A stretch of 63,774 nucleotides of DNA, filler included, from Intoshia linei (Eukaryota > Animalia > Orthonectida), in assembly GCA_001642005.1 (NCBI GenBank). It is 6 parts of 6 records of this genome, joined end to end, with 100 filler letters (N's around TTAATTAATTAA, not from the genome) between each part and the next. Parts side by side here need not be neighbours in the genome. Positions count along the whole stretch, not along the records: positions 1 to 28,421 come from LWCA01000414.1; 5 more parts are not named here. One strand, written 5' to 3'. A program made the position numbers and the translations under genes. The notes beneath the pieces were generated by a model that saw nothing but the letters and a program-made list of their open reading frames with translations, did no database searches and was not told the origin of the DNA. Below are positions 1-12,668 of this stretch, one piece after another (position 1 is the first letter of the stretch; each line of letters begins with the position of its first letter).

Positions 1-47
1 AAAAATTTTCATTTTTGATTCAACGTAATGTGTTTAATTTGACTTTA

Positions 48-268
48 GTTGGTAAAAATTATTTATGACGTATCTAATTCTGGTACAACTGGTACCGTAC
101 CAGCAACTAATGAAAACGTTTGCATCACTGTTAACTATGCATTATGGTATTTAAAATTTAGTTGATGTACCCTATTAAACCCTAGGTAACATCATTTTAA
201 TCAGTTTTCCAGTACTTCGAACCATACTGCAAGCATTTGATACAAAACTTAAACTAGTGCTGCTTTAA
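48..268 (+). CDS. Possible 3' exons of an unidentified gene entering from the left edge
   Basis: AG acceptor, then open frame LVKIIYDVSNSGTTGTVPATNENVCITVNYAL, a GT donor and a second short open segment. No recognisable motif. Confidence 0.25.
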
Positions 269-2069
269 TATTAATTACATATAGAAAGTAATTATTAATA
301 TCAACAATATTAAATCTTAAAAATATATTATATTTTATTTTAAATGGCTATAATATTATATGCAAAAAAGTTTGTAAATTCTTGATTCACGTAAAAATAG
401 TTATATAATATATATTTAGTATATTTGTATTATTTGATATTATTTAGTTGGTTTAATTTTATTTGTAGTTCATATAGGGGTGTCAGGTTCAATTTTATTA
501 ACGGTCAAATGAAGAAAAAAAGTTATTACGTGGGCCGCATAAACAATTGATGAATAACAATTAATACGCAATTAGTTTTAATTAATAAAAATAAATGTAC
601 CAACATCGTAATAAATCAACGGAAATAATTTTTAAGTTAATTAAATTAACGTTTTGATCAAAGATTCTCTGGGCTAGTGTGTTCAACTTAGTTTTTTGGA
701 AACTCAGTAAGTACTAAGTACTTAGTTTTACAAAATAATGACACTCCTAGTTTATATTCATTTAAAAAAAAATATAAGTACATTTTGCAGAAAGTAGATG
801 AATATTTTAATTATTATTCATCAAAGTATTTATTTATAGTGAGTTAGTTTCAATTTTTAAAAAATATAAATATCAATACACACAAAGTAATGTATGATGT
901 ATAATATACATTGTATATAAATGTATATCAAAACATTGCTAAAACAAAATAATAGTTTGTAATTAATAATTTCATATCAGTTATATTTTTGTATTATTAT
1001 GATATTATGATATTTTTAGAATTTTGAGGATTATTAAATCGCTTGATAAATATCAAATTTTTAAAATAATGTATATTCTATATATTCAATGTATACATGC
1101 AATAATAACCAACATAATCTCCAGCTAGTAAATACATTCTACCTGCATTATATATATTATTGTGGTTAGATGCAATATAAAATCAACCAACTTCATAATA
1201 ATATTAGTGTCTCCTTATCAATCAATATTGCATTTGGTCGCATTTTAAGTTAATGATGGGATAAAAGTTTTTGAATGATTTTATAGGTTGTAAACACATA
1301 TATTATAATAATTTTTTAATTAAATCAATATAAATTATATTATTTTTCAGTATATTAATATAATAATTATAATTATCTTGGTGTTAATAAATACAATAAT
1401 AGTAATCATTACAAATTATATAATCCATACTTAAGTTCTGCAACATGGTTTTAAGCAAACTAAAAAAATATTAACTTTACATTTCAATCAATAGTCATTA
1501 TTAAGTCTGTCTTTAAGGAAATTAAATCCAATTTCGAACATGAACTCGAACTTTTACAATGTTTTCAGACACGATATGAAGACTAACAGTGTTGCAAAAC
1601 TATAATTTGTATTTAATGATATTTATAAATAATATACATAAACTTAACGATTATATTATATATAGTATGTATGTTTTACAATAATAAAATAAATATAACT
1701 CATCATTGATGTGATCATGATCACATCATTTATAATTTTATCAAACAATAATGACAACTTTGTAATAATTATTATCATAATAATTTCATTTCATTATTAA
1801 TTAATTTAATGTTTTGTGATTCCACAATTATTGATGGAAATTTCATCCAATTAAACTAAAACTGGCCATAAATATCAATTTAATGGAAAATATTACATTT
1901 TTTTCGAGTATGGAGAAATATATTGATGAAAGAATGCATCAGAATATGATTTTATTTAAAATCAAATTTGAAATATTTAATTAAAATCTTAAAATAAAAT
2001 GTATTTTATAAATTTCATCAATACTTTTATAATCTTTTCATTCAAGATGGTAATAAATAAGTATTATGT

Positions 2070-2114
2070 TCGTGTCGCAAACACGAATGAGGCAATGCCT
2101 CGGAGACATGCTAG
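2070..2114 (+). mobile_element. Helitron-like 3' terminus (second family)
   Basis: Two GC-rich hairpins (cgtgt-cgcaa-acacg; gaggc-aat-gcctc) followed by CTAG then T. Shares a cctcgg motif with the main Helitron 3' end. Confidence 0.5.
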
Positions 2115-2787
2115 TAATATTTTTATATCAACAAATTTAAATTCAAGTTGAAAAATAAGTTTCACTACATTGCTACTGCTACCCTCCCTATCCATTCCAC
2201 GGTGGAAACCGAGGGTAGAATTTCCACTCTCTTTATATTTGGAATCTCATTGCCATTCAATGTCTACAATGTTCAATATTTCCATTTGTCTGAAAAATTC
2301 CCATGATTTCTTTCGCGTAAATAATTGTCATTATAGTTGGCAAATGAATCAATCAAAAATAAATAAATATGAATGTATATAATATATGATATATAAATTT
2401 AAAAATCTAATCTAATATTTATGCATATTATGATAATTTATTATGCTGTTTTGAAGGAATTTTTCTCAAAATTAATTAATAGAAAATTTTTATTTGCATT
2501 AATATTATATTATTGTTCAAAAAATTGACGAAAACATTTTTACATTTTTACTAAACTTGATCATGTTTATTCGTTTTATTTTATAGTTGGTAATAGTATT
2601 GTACATTTTTGGTTAACAATGCATGGTATTGTTGTACATATTATTGGTTTCCCACCAAAGTGATTTTGGTGTATTTTATTGAATTTAAATAAAAATTTAA
2701 ATAAAATGTATTGCACAATTGTATATACATGTTTTGAGACATCGTGATTTGAATAAGATGGAGGATTTTTACATTCAATTTGTTACA

Positions 2788-3102
2788 TCAGTCTAAATAC
2801 AAATTGAAATTAATATAAGAATAATAAAATATGAAATATTGAATTACCAAATCAGTAATACAGTCTTCCGTATAATGTCCAACTTCCAAGCAATTCTCAC
2901 AAGTAGGAATAACGTTACACCATAATTTAGTGTGTCCAAATTCCATACAGTTTGCACATAAATTTCCCAAAATTTGATTAGATACATTAGTATTTTTACT
3001 AGATTTTTCTAATTTCATGTTATTAATGTTGCGTTTTTACATGAAATGAAAATTACCAATTTTTAATTTTCGTTTGTTATTTTGGTAATTTTTACTATCC
3101 AT
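2788..3102 (-). CDS. Small protein with two CCHC zinc knuckles; 3' end uncertain
   Basis: CANCMEFGHTKLWC and CENCLEVGHYTEDC both fit CX2CX4HX4C. A probable first exon MDSKNYQNNKRKLKI (ATG 3102) joins in phase by a short GT-AG intron. Confidence 0.65.
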
Positions 3103-3936
3103 AATTTAATATTGAAATCTAATTAATAAAGGTTAATTAATAGTTCCAAATTGCCCATTTTTTCATTTATAACAACGACACCAAATTTTAAATGCTTGTT
3201 TACTTTGAATTAACTCTGTATCTAAATGAAACACTTCATTTAATTTCCGTAATCTATGGATAAAAGATTAGTGAACATTTTTGAATGCATTTGTAGTTTG
3301 TTACCATAATAAATAGTTTAGTTTAGTAGTGTTTATTATTGTGTCTCGATCAAAATTAGGTCGTTGCGTGGATTTATCTGCATTAATAAATATTAAATTC
3401 ATGGTTAAGAGTATAACACTGTATATGAGCGTTTAACTATAGTCAATGACAGATTTTTATCTGATACTTTTCGTATTAGTAACATACTGTGTAAGACTTA
3501 TCGTAAGACTCTTGTGTAATAATTGATTTGCAATGTATTGTGTAAATTCTGTTTTGTAATGGTAAACTACTTAAAAATAATTAAATATGTATTTAATGCG
3601 ACGTTATATATTACTTTAATTCAAAAAATATACCTTGCAAGACATTTATTTAGAATTATTGTTAACTAAAATATTTATCCTAATATCCCTAATATTGACT
3701 GGGTAAAGGTTACTATCAATTGAATAACCCTTTTAAATGGAAATCATAAATTATGTTGTAGTGTCAATTTAATAATATAACTCCTATAAGTATTATTAAT
3801 ACCATTAATAATGTAATTTTTCCAACACACCAATTCAAAAAAAAAATAAACATAATATGTATTCTTGACGGAAACAATAAATTAATTTACAAATTTTTAT
3901 TGTATTAATACATTATTTTTAAAAATAACTAAACAT

Positions 3937-5439
3937 TCATACACTATAAATAATTGGATAATAAAAAATAATTCCGTTAAACCAAGCAAAAGCCATTTTT
4001 TCTGATGGGTAGAATGCAAGAAAAGAGAGATTATTAAAATTGTTGACATGATTATAAAAATTTACATCTTGATAAAAATGAGAAAAAATGTCAAAATCCA
4101 AATTATTATTGTTCACGTGATTAACGTTTAAATTGTACATTTTCAGAATCTTTAAATAATTTTTTATGGTTCCAACAATATACAGTTTATTGCATATTAT
4201 AAAAAACTGAAAATACTTGAAATTATAGATATTTGGAATAAGTAAAACAGATTTGATTGTATAATTATCGAGGATTCCAATTTTTATAAAATTGCTCTTC
4301 TTAATTGATTTAATGTTGATGTTGCGATCAGGAGGTATTATTGTTTCAGGTAAATAAGATGAAATCAAATAAATTAACCAAATTTTTTTATTGTCCCTAA
4401 TAATTTTTACAAAGCTTTTCGTTTTTGGAAACAAAGGTTCAATCAATTTTTCATTCTTTGTATCCAAATTTATATGTTGAAAGGTTTTGTTTATTAAATT
4501 ATATTTTATCAAATGACTTGAATTTGAGAGTTTAAAATAAAACGAATTGTTATCAATTATATGGCTTGTACCTTCATAATTAAATGGTAAATAATGTATA
4601 TTAGAAAAATTATTATTTTTTAAGTTTTTTATGGAATTATACTCGTATAAAGTATTTCCAATAATGTTTATTGTCACGTAATACTTTTTTCTTTTGACAC
4701 CTGAAATTTTTTTAATTTATATTATTTTTCAGTACTACTGTATTATAATAATAATAGTTAATAAGCTTCAACATAGTGGTGTCGCTGAAATAGGTTGATA
4801 GGGAAATATTAAGGAAGGGTAGAGGAACAAGGGATTATTCATTTTGGACTAAATTCTGAAATGTTGTTTTTTTGGTACACGATTTAAAAAAATAAATTTA
4901 TTTCTAAAAAGTTCATTTAGATATTAAACATCTCTAAATATTTAACAATTTTTTGTGGGTAATTTTAACATTTTAACTGATTATATAAATCGGGATCTAA
5001 GAAATATAAACCTAGATAGGATAACCGAAAAATTAAGGTCAATTTTGGAATTTGGAAAACCTCGTGTTACGTTTTAGCGATGATATGAATTCATTTACTA
5101 TTTAATGATAAGAGTAATGTATTCGTCAAACAATAATTATATGAACCTAAATCAAGCATCCAACTTCCAATTTTAATTTTTCTAACCCTACATATTACAA
5201 TTGGTAACCCAAGCTTAAATGTACATATTTGTTTTTTTTTCTCATTAAACATGATGGCATCTGTTGAGTCGCAAGGTGCTTTGTTCTAAATTCAGATAAA
5301 AGTTTTTATAATCAAAAAAAACTTTAATTTTTAAATTCAAATGACAAATAACGGTATAGGTATAGATTACTCCAATAAAAATCATAAAAAGCCACGCGAT
5401 TTTTGAAGACAATGCAGCCTTTGTGCAAATTTTTATCAT
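3937..5439 (-). CDS. Olfactomedin-domain protein with N-terminal hydrophobic anchor or signal; 3 exons (~5439-5250, ~5212-5146, ~4701-3937)
   Basis: Spliced GSWMLDLGVKRKKYYVTINIIGNTLYEY and YLPFNYEGTSHIIDNNSFYF...LIKYNL match the OLF motifs GxWMxD and LPxxxxGTGHVVYNGSLYY. Hydrophobic N-terminal IAWLFMIFIGVIYTYTVI. Confidence 0.8.
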
Positions 5440-6051
5440 TTTTGAAATACTTTAAAATACAACTGTTTATAGATTTAATTCAGTAATTGATTTTTTTGTC
5501 GAGTTTTGTTTACAATCTAGTGATTGACTCTGTATTATGCAACATGGTGGTTGTACACGTTGATTTAATACTATTTTCTCATAATTTATTTTAAAATTTG
5601 TAAAAATACTTAGTGTCAAAATTCATAGTAAAATTGTATTATAATTATAATACAAATTAATTACTACTAAACATGTAGTAGATATTATAAAACAATAAAT
5701 AAAAATAGATTATTTCAAAAAATCCTATAAATGAATACATGAGAAATATATGTAAATAAAAATATTATTTAATTCATTATTAATGACAGACTCTGTCGGA
5801 TACATTCCAATTTATGTTAGTTAAAATTGCAACTTAATTATTAATATTAAGTTAATATTCACATGAAAAATTTAAATTTTTCGAAATACTATTTACTTTA
5901 ATATATTATATATAAAATAGCGTATTGAGGTGCAGTAGGCCAATGACTCCAACTTCCTCATTTCTAGTCATATAACTTCATATGCCATGTACATTAAATT
6001 ATATTTATTTGAATTAACAACATAATTTTTAGGCATAAATAAACAATTTAA

Positions 6052-9000
6052 TTACAAAACAACCCTGTTTGTTATATTAATTGTTGTAGTGTTACTAATG
6101 GATATAAAGGACTTTGGTGTTTCAGCAAAATGTGGATGATTTGAGAAAGAATCAGAAAAAATAACTTGAAATTTAACAGAAGACTTTCCTTTAAAGAGAC
6201 ACTGAGAAATATAAACGTTTGTAATTGTTGCTATGAAGCATTTTATACTTTGATCAAATTCTTTGAAATATTTATAATCAAATTTAAAGTAGGAATAGTT
6301 ACCATCTACATATGTAACCTAAAATTAAAATTATAGAAATACAATCAAATTAACATTTAACCAAAAATATTAAATATTAAAAATGCACAGTAATGGTATA
6401 CAACCAATACAAAACAATAATTACATTTACATTTTTTCATTTTTAACTAGGCGCACCTATACCTATTAATATTTTTGCATCCGTAGTATCATCTGTAGTA
6501 GGCTCTATTGTCTATACTAGTGGTTCCCAAACTTTTTCTACCATGGACCACTTGTCACAAAAAAAAAGTGTGTGTTTTAAAAAATCCCCTTAAACCTGAA
6601 CACGTTACTAAGGTAATATTTTGATTTTTTTATTATATATTCCTCCTTAAATCGAAAATTCTACATTAATTTTGACAAGGTAGCTTCTATGGCGTAATTA
6701 AAAAAATTCTTAATTTCAAACATACTTATTGCGAAATAATTGTGTCTTACTTAGTGCCGTATGCTAGATCCTTCCACCGAGGGATCTCGACGAAATTTTT
6801 TTTAAAATGGAGGCTTTAATTTATTAAATTGAGTATTAAAAAAATTCTTGAATATCAACTAATTTGAGTGTTAAATTTATAATGTCAACTACAGTCTTAG
6901 AAAGGTGGACATGGTTATATGACATTATAATTCGTTTACAAAATGTTTTCATGAGCTATTTTTCATTTTTAAAATGGCGACGGGCTTGTTAGGTTCGATT
7001 CCAGAAACTACAATCGAACTAAGTTAAATCGTTGCATAGATTAAATTTAACGCATGTGAAAATTATTTACGTTATTCAGTAAATTTTCACTTTATTTTGA
7101 TTAAATGATGTCTACGTTCACTAATAATAATAATAAATGATCAATACAATTCTAATTAATTATTATTATTGTTAAAAAAATGTTATCTTCATGTTATTTA
7201 AAATTTTTCTTGTGGACCACTTTGGGACCACTCGTCTATACTAATAATCTGTTGATTGGACTGAAGTCAGGGCCCTGAAGAGGGGAATAAGTGTTAATGA
7301 ACCCTGGGTTCATATAAACAGGACAGTTTACCATTCTAAATTAAAAATAAAAACAAATATAAAAGATTCACGGAAAAATAATGTTGTTATTTTTATGGTG
7401 AAAGTAAAAACTAGACGATTGGAATTTTGATGGTTGAATTAAGCAATGGATAAATAACTTAAATAGATAAGTTTTTGTATATATGGTGCTACAATTTTCA
7501 TCTGGTAGGCACTGTTTTTTTATCTTCATATCACTAAACGTCGACTTAAAAATAGGATAATATCTTAGTATTTAACAATCTATATTAATTATAATTAATT
7601 ATATAATTAACAATATTATATATCACAATTATCATATTTTCAATTACCTTAATTCTTAATAATTTGAAAATTTCCAAAGAAATATTAAAAATTGAAACAG
7701 CAACTGGAATAGAAAGACCTAAACCAACTATAAATTTAGAATTTTGTTCAGATTGGATAGATTTTTTTTCATCAATTCTTGCATAACTTTTCATAACTGT
7801 GCTGCAATAAACAGGCAATTGATAATTATAAGAAAACAATATTTTGACTGGTTCAATTGTACACAATTCACGTTTGGAGTTATCCATCAATATACTCTCA
7901 AAATGTTCTTTAACTTTTTCAATAAACTGTACATTTTTTAAGTCAATTACTCTATAATTGATGTATTATTTTTTAAATATATAATAGCAATACAGTATAT
8001 TATGATTTATAATACAGTACCATCAGTAAAAAGGTAACAGTTTTAGTTACTGGTTAATTAAAACCCATAAAAAAGGTATGTATCTACATTTGGATATCAG
8101 TATAGGTGTATATGTGTATCGTAGTATGTAATGTAACCTCAGAGCTCATATTAGTTATTTAATTTTCATCTTATTTACGAGATTATTGTACGTCACAAAG
8201 GATAGGTGATTCTAAGTATCAGGTCACAAGAAAAAAGACATATAAAAGGGGAATAAATAATAATAAATATTTGTATTCTTATATTTTGTACCAAATAAAA
8301 TATAGAATCAAAGAAAAACACTACAGACTAAATTGTAGTATATAAACTTTGTTTACAAAAGAGCTTATGGATTTTTAACGTTATTTATATTTTTCAAAAA
8401 TGAGTCATAAAGATTGAAAAATACAGTCAAATTATTTTACTACAGACGAATGGCCACCAACTAATACCCAAAGTTAAATTCGTTCAACTAATTTTTTTAG
8501 AGTATCTTTCTCTTATTAAATGTAATTAATCGCAGAAAATACTGGTTTATTGTCGGTATTTTAATCTTACAATTAATGATAATAATATATAGATAATGAC
8601 AATCTTGTTATTACTTACATTTATCTTACTTCGTAATTAGATTCGATGATAAAAATTAAAATATTTAATATGCGAGTTTTTTGCCCGTTAATTTCTTATT
8701 CTGAGTTTACGCGACACGTAAGTTTTGGTTTTGTGGTCACTACTATAAATCATTAATAATTTTACATATAACCTGAAAATATCATGGTGGGTTTATTCTG
8801 ATAGTACTATAAATAGAATAATGAAAAATTACCCATCTAGCATAACATTATTACAAATATTTAACAAATATTGATATTCAATATTAAGAGATTTCAGAGT
8901 TTGTGGTTTTTCAAAGTTTGAGTTAATTTTGATAATGGTAGTAATGAGTAAATGTACAAAATATAATTCCAATAAAATTATTTTTGAATGGCTGTCTTTG

Positions 9001-12000
9001 TTTACATAAATGTAATGTAATTCATTCAAATCATTGTAAATCTAAGATAAAAGTATATTGGCCGTCAGGGCTTTCAAAAGTTTACAGTAATACAAAGTAT
9101 TGTCTGTAATTAAAATTTGTTAAGTGATTATAGTACAACTAAATATTTTCAAGAAAAACCTCGTTAAAAAACATATAAAGCCACCATATCAGAGATTACC
9201 AAGCAAGCCCATATGACCCTGGAATTAAACAGAAAATGTTGAGAAAATTTTTACCGGTCGCGAGATAATTTAAAAAATTTTAATTTACTAATTAGAACAT
9301 ACAAGTCAATCTATTACGTTTTTTATCAAAATTTTTGTAGTGATACAAAATATATGTTTGTAATATCGATTTAGTGGTCCGCGATAAATTTTGTAATTTA
9401 TTACCGGTCCGCTGTGAAAACAGTGTGGAAACCCTGATCTATATTATAGATAACTATTATTATATTTTTAAACGAGGTGGATTTTTTATTAAAATTGTAG
9501 TTTTTTTAATTACTTACATGGTTATTCAAAAAAATTTTTAGCGGTTCAATTTTTTGTAATAAATAAAATATTAATGTAATAAATTTGCAATATACATAAT
9601 GTACAATTTTAAATATAAATACAAAAAATTGATTTAAAAGGGTAAAAATTAACTTCGCTATCTGATAAATCAGGAATATCTTTGTCAAGATTAATTATCT
9701 AAATTTTAATAAAAATTAAAAAATAAATTTTACAGATTTAATCATCTTTTGTTGAATATTGAGTAACTTTATAATAAAATTTAAATCGTCTCGATCCGGA
9801 TACTTCAATTTTTGTAAGCATCTATAAATAAAGTTAATTATTATTATATAATTAATTCAATATTAATGGAATTTATTGATACGTAAAAATCAGAATTTTA
9901 TGGGTAATGACTGTTTGTATATTTAAGGTGGTGGTTCGACTTTTTTATAGTATATACAAACACAATATGCATAACAATATAAAAACGACAAAATATTTCT
10001 GAAAGAATCCAATTAAGTTTCCTACACTTTAAATCCCATTATAAATACCTATAAAGTACTAATACATTTAAATTTACTGTATGGCCTGTGTCCAATAATT
10101 CATAGCACTCTGATTGTCTTCGTTTGGTTCATTATACATTTTTGATAGATTACTCATAAGTTTGGTTATGTAGTCAGATATACCGTCAGATACCAAATGA
10201 CGACTATATGTGTCAATACATGTCTTCTAAGAATACAAATTAAATACATAATTATTGAAAGAATTGACCAAACTTTAGATTTTTAGTCCGGTACCAATAT
10301 ATAATAAAACAAACGTAAAATGATGGGTAAATATGTTCAATCAGTAGATAATGTTTTTTGATAGAATCTGGAAGAACATTGTTGATACCAGGATAATATT
10401 TTGAAGCATTAACACATAAAATAAGTTTGGTAATATCTAAATTTACATACTAGTTATTTCAATATATTTTAAATGTATACATTCATCGTTATCAATTCGA
10501 CTTTCCGTTTTGTCCAAATACGGATGCAATTGAAACAATTTTTTAATCATACAAAAAACGTAAATACTATTTTCTTCACCAATTTTTTGAATGCACCTAT
10601 TAAAACAATTTAATTCTATATTTTTATTAAACGAATCATTTGCCACATTAACATAGTTTATCAAATTTAAGATAACCTAAAAATGGAAAATTTATCAATA
10701 TTGTATTGACCAATGTTAATCAAAAGTGCATTTACACATGTAGACAAACATTCCTTGGAAAGAATTTTGGCTTTACCCAAAAATCGATGAACTTTATGTC
10801 TAACAAGTTCGTTGTTATCCTATAACGTTAAAATAATATTGTATATATTAAAAACCTTTAGTAAACCCAATATAAAATACAACTGATCATCTCTATGATA
10901 GTATTTATCTGCATTCGTCTGTAAAGCCTCAATAGCTGATATTCTGACAACATCTGACTCATCACTAATCATATCAATAAAAAAATCATGCGCATATGTC
11001 AAAAACATTTCAGACAACTTTGTGAACGCCAACATGGATTTTATCGCATAGTTTCGTACCTCTACGTAATTTTAGAAAAGTAAAATAATAAACTACCAGG
11101 ACAATCGTCTTCGAGGGCATGAATAAAAACACCACAAGATAAAATCATCTTTTGTTTATTTTGTTTCGTTTTATAAATAGGAGCATCGTCAGCCCATTTA
11201 ACACCAGAACTCCATTCTCCGCTTCTATATAATTTTCTAGATCGTTCGTGGGCAGATAGTTTGACCTAAGTTTATTTTTATATAAAATCTGATTTTGGAA
11301 AATACATTTAAATTAGACATTAGCTTTTTATCCAAGCTCTGCATAAGTGTATCCGTAGTTAAATTATTAAATGTACCCTATATTTCAAAGTTATTTTAAA
11401 ATGCATCGCTTACCAAAGATGTCACTGTGACCAATCTAGTATCTTTTGATATATCAATAACGTGTTTACAAATCTTTAAAAAAAGAAAATCTGACAATTT
11501 TAAATTTTCCTCGGAATTTTCTTCAAAATCAGCATTGCTAAATTATAACATTTATATTTTAATTTAAATTGTAATTACCAATGTCCATGTTTCTCAGCAT
11601 AAACTACGAGAAATTGAATACACGAAATTTTCAATTTGTCGTTACATGCACTACTTAAAATATCCAGAATATCATGTAATATGTACTGATCATGTTGAAT
11701 CCAATTTTTAAAAAGCAGGACCCTCTAATTTAAACAATGATCCAATTATGAAAAAAATGATAATTTAATTTCATATTAAAATAGACAATAAAAATTTATT
11801 ATTAATTAATACAAGACCTTTATTAGAGTATAAATATAATAAAAAAGATTACCAAGATATTTATACAATGTTGTTGAACTCTCCAATTTGAATTATTTAG
11901 TTTATCCGACAATTCACCAATTAATATTTCAGAATTTGACGATTTAATTTTATAAAAATTAATAGAATTAATTAAATTATAGAAAATTTCCAAAATTCCA

Positions 12001-12408
12001 ATTTTATTTTTAAATAGAATATCTTTGTTGTCAATCTATGATAATATTAAATTTAAAAAAGACGAATTACATTTTTCAAAAAAAGGTATAGGTTTTTGAA
12101 ATCATCATTAGAGGACCCGTTACAGATTTTATAAATATATGGTGCAAGGCTAAATATTGATTCTCCATCTAAATTTTTTTAATGTTTAATAAAATTATCA
12201 ATACTCAAATATTTTGGTAAATCCCATATCTCAAATTTGTCTAGCTTTACATTACTAAAATACTTTTAAACTTCTCAATGTAAGTATAACTTTAATATAT
12301 TCTTTAAATCATTTTCCATTTTTTTATCATATCCTTTCTGTTTTACTTTTATCTATTTTTTTCAAATCATTTTAATGGCAATATATTTAGTACCTCTGAT
12401 TTAATCAT
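6052..12408 (-). CDS. INTS4: Integrator complex subunit 4 (multi-exon)
   Basis: SAHERSRKLYRSGEWSSGVKWADDAP...SCGFFIHALEDDCPEVR and DFFIDMISDESDVVRISAI match the INTS4 core. C-terminal KFIVGLGLSIPV...LRIK|VTYVDG...TNVYIS aligns with INTS4 RFTSGL...VKVQ|VLYPDG...TQVYLS. The ATG at 12408 is inferred, and not all middle exons were resolved. Confidence 0.85.
6518..7233. mobile_element. hAT-type MITE in the last INTS4 intron
   Basis: TIRs tagtggttcccaaa / tttgggaccactc with an exact 8-bp target-site duplication gtctatac (6510-6517 and 7234-7241). Confidence 0.85.
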
Positions 12409-12668
12409 TTTAAATTATAATATTAAATAAACTAAACTGCTATTCACTCTTTGGCAACTAATTATTAGTTTAATTCGCAGTACGAATTTCGTACCGTTCA
12501 TTTCTGAAATTTATACCGTTGGCATTGGCAAAATTTAAATTTGTTTGAAATTTAATCTCAAAAAGCGACATTATAAGCAGATTAAGACATTCGGACGAAA
12601 TGGAATAATATTAAAAAAATATAAACTTTAATATGAAAATACAAATTACAAGAATTTTTATTATAAAT

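Noticed and set aside
6518-7233. MITE acting as a complete new intron (introner) in a coding exon
   Set aside because: The reconstructed empty site has a stop in the relevant frame, and INTS4 homology places the whole region in an intron. Kept only as a low-interest splice-seeding idea.
7585-9688. ORFs 7585-7890, 8829-9029 and 9506-9688 as separate genes
   Set aside because: They are best explained as INTS4 exons reading into introns. The first aligns with the INTS4 C-terminal region.
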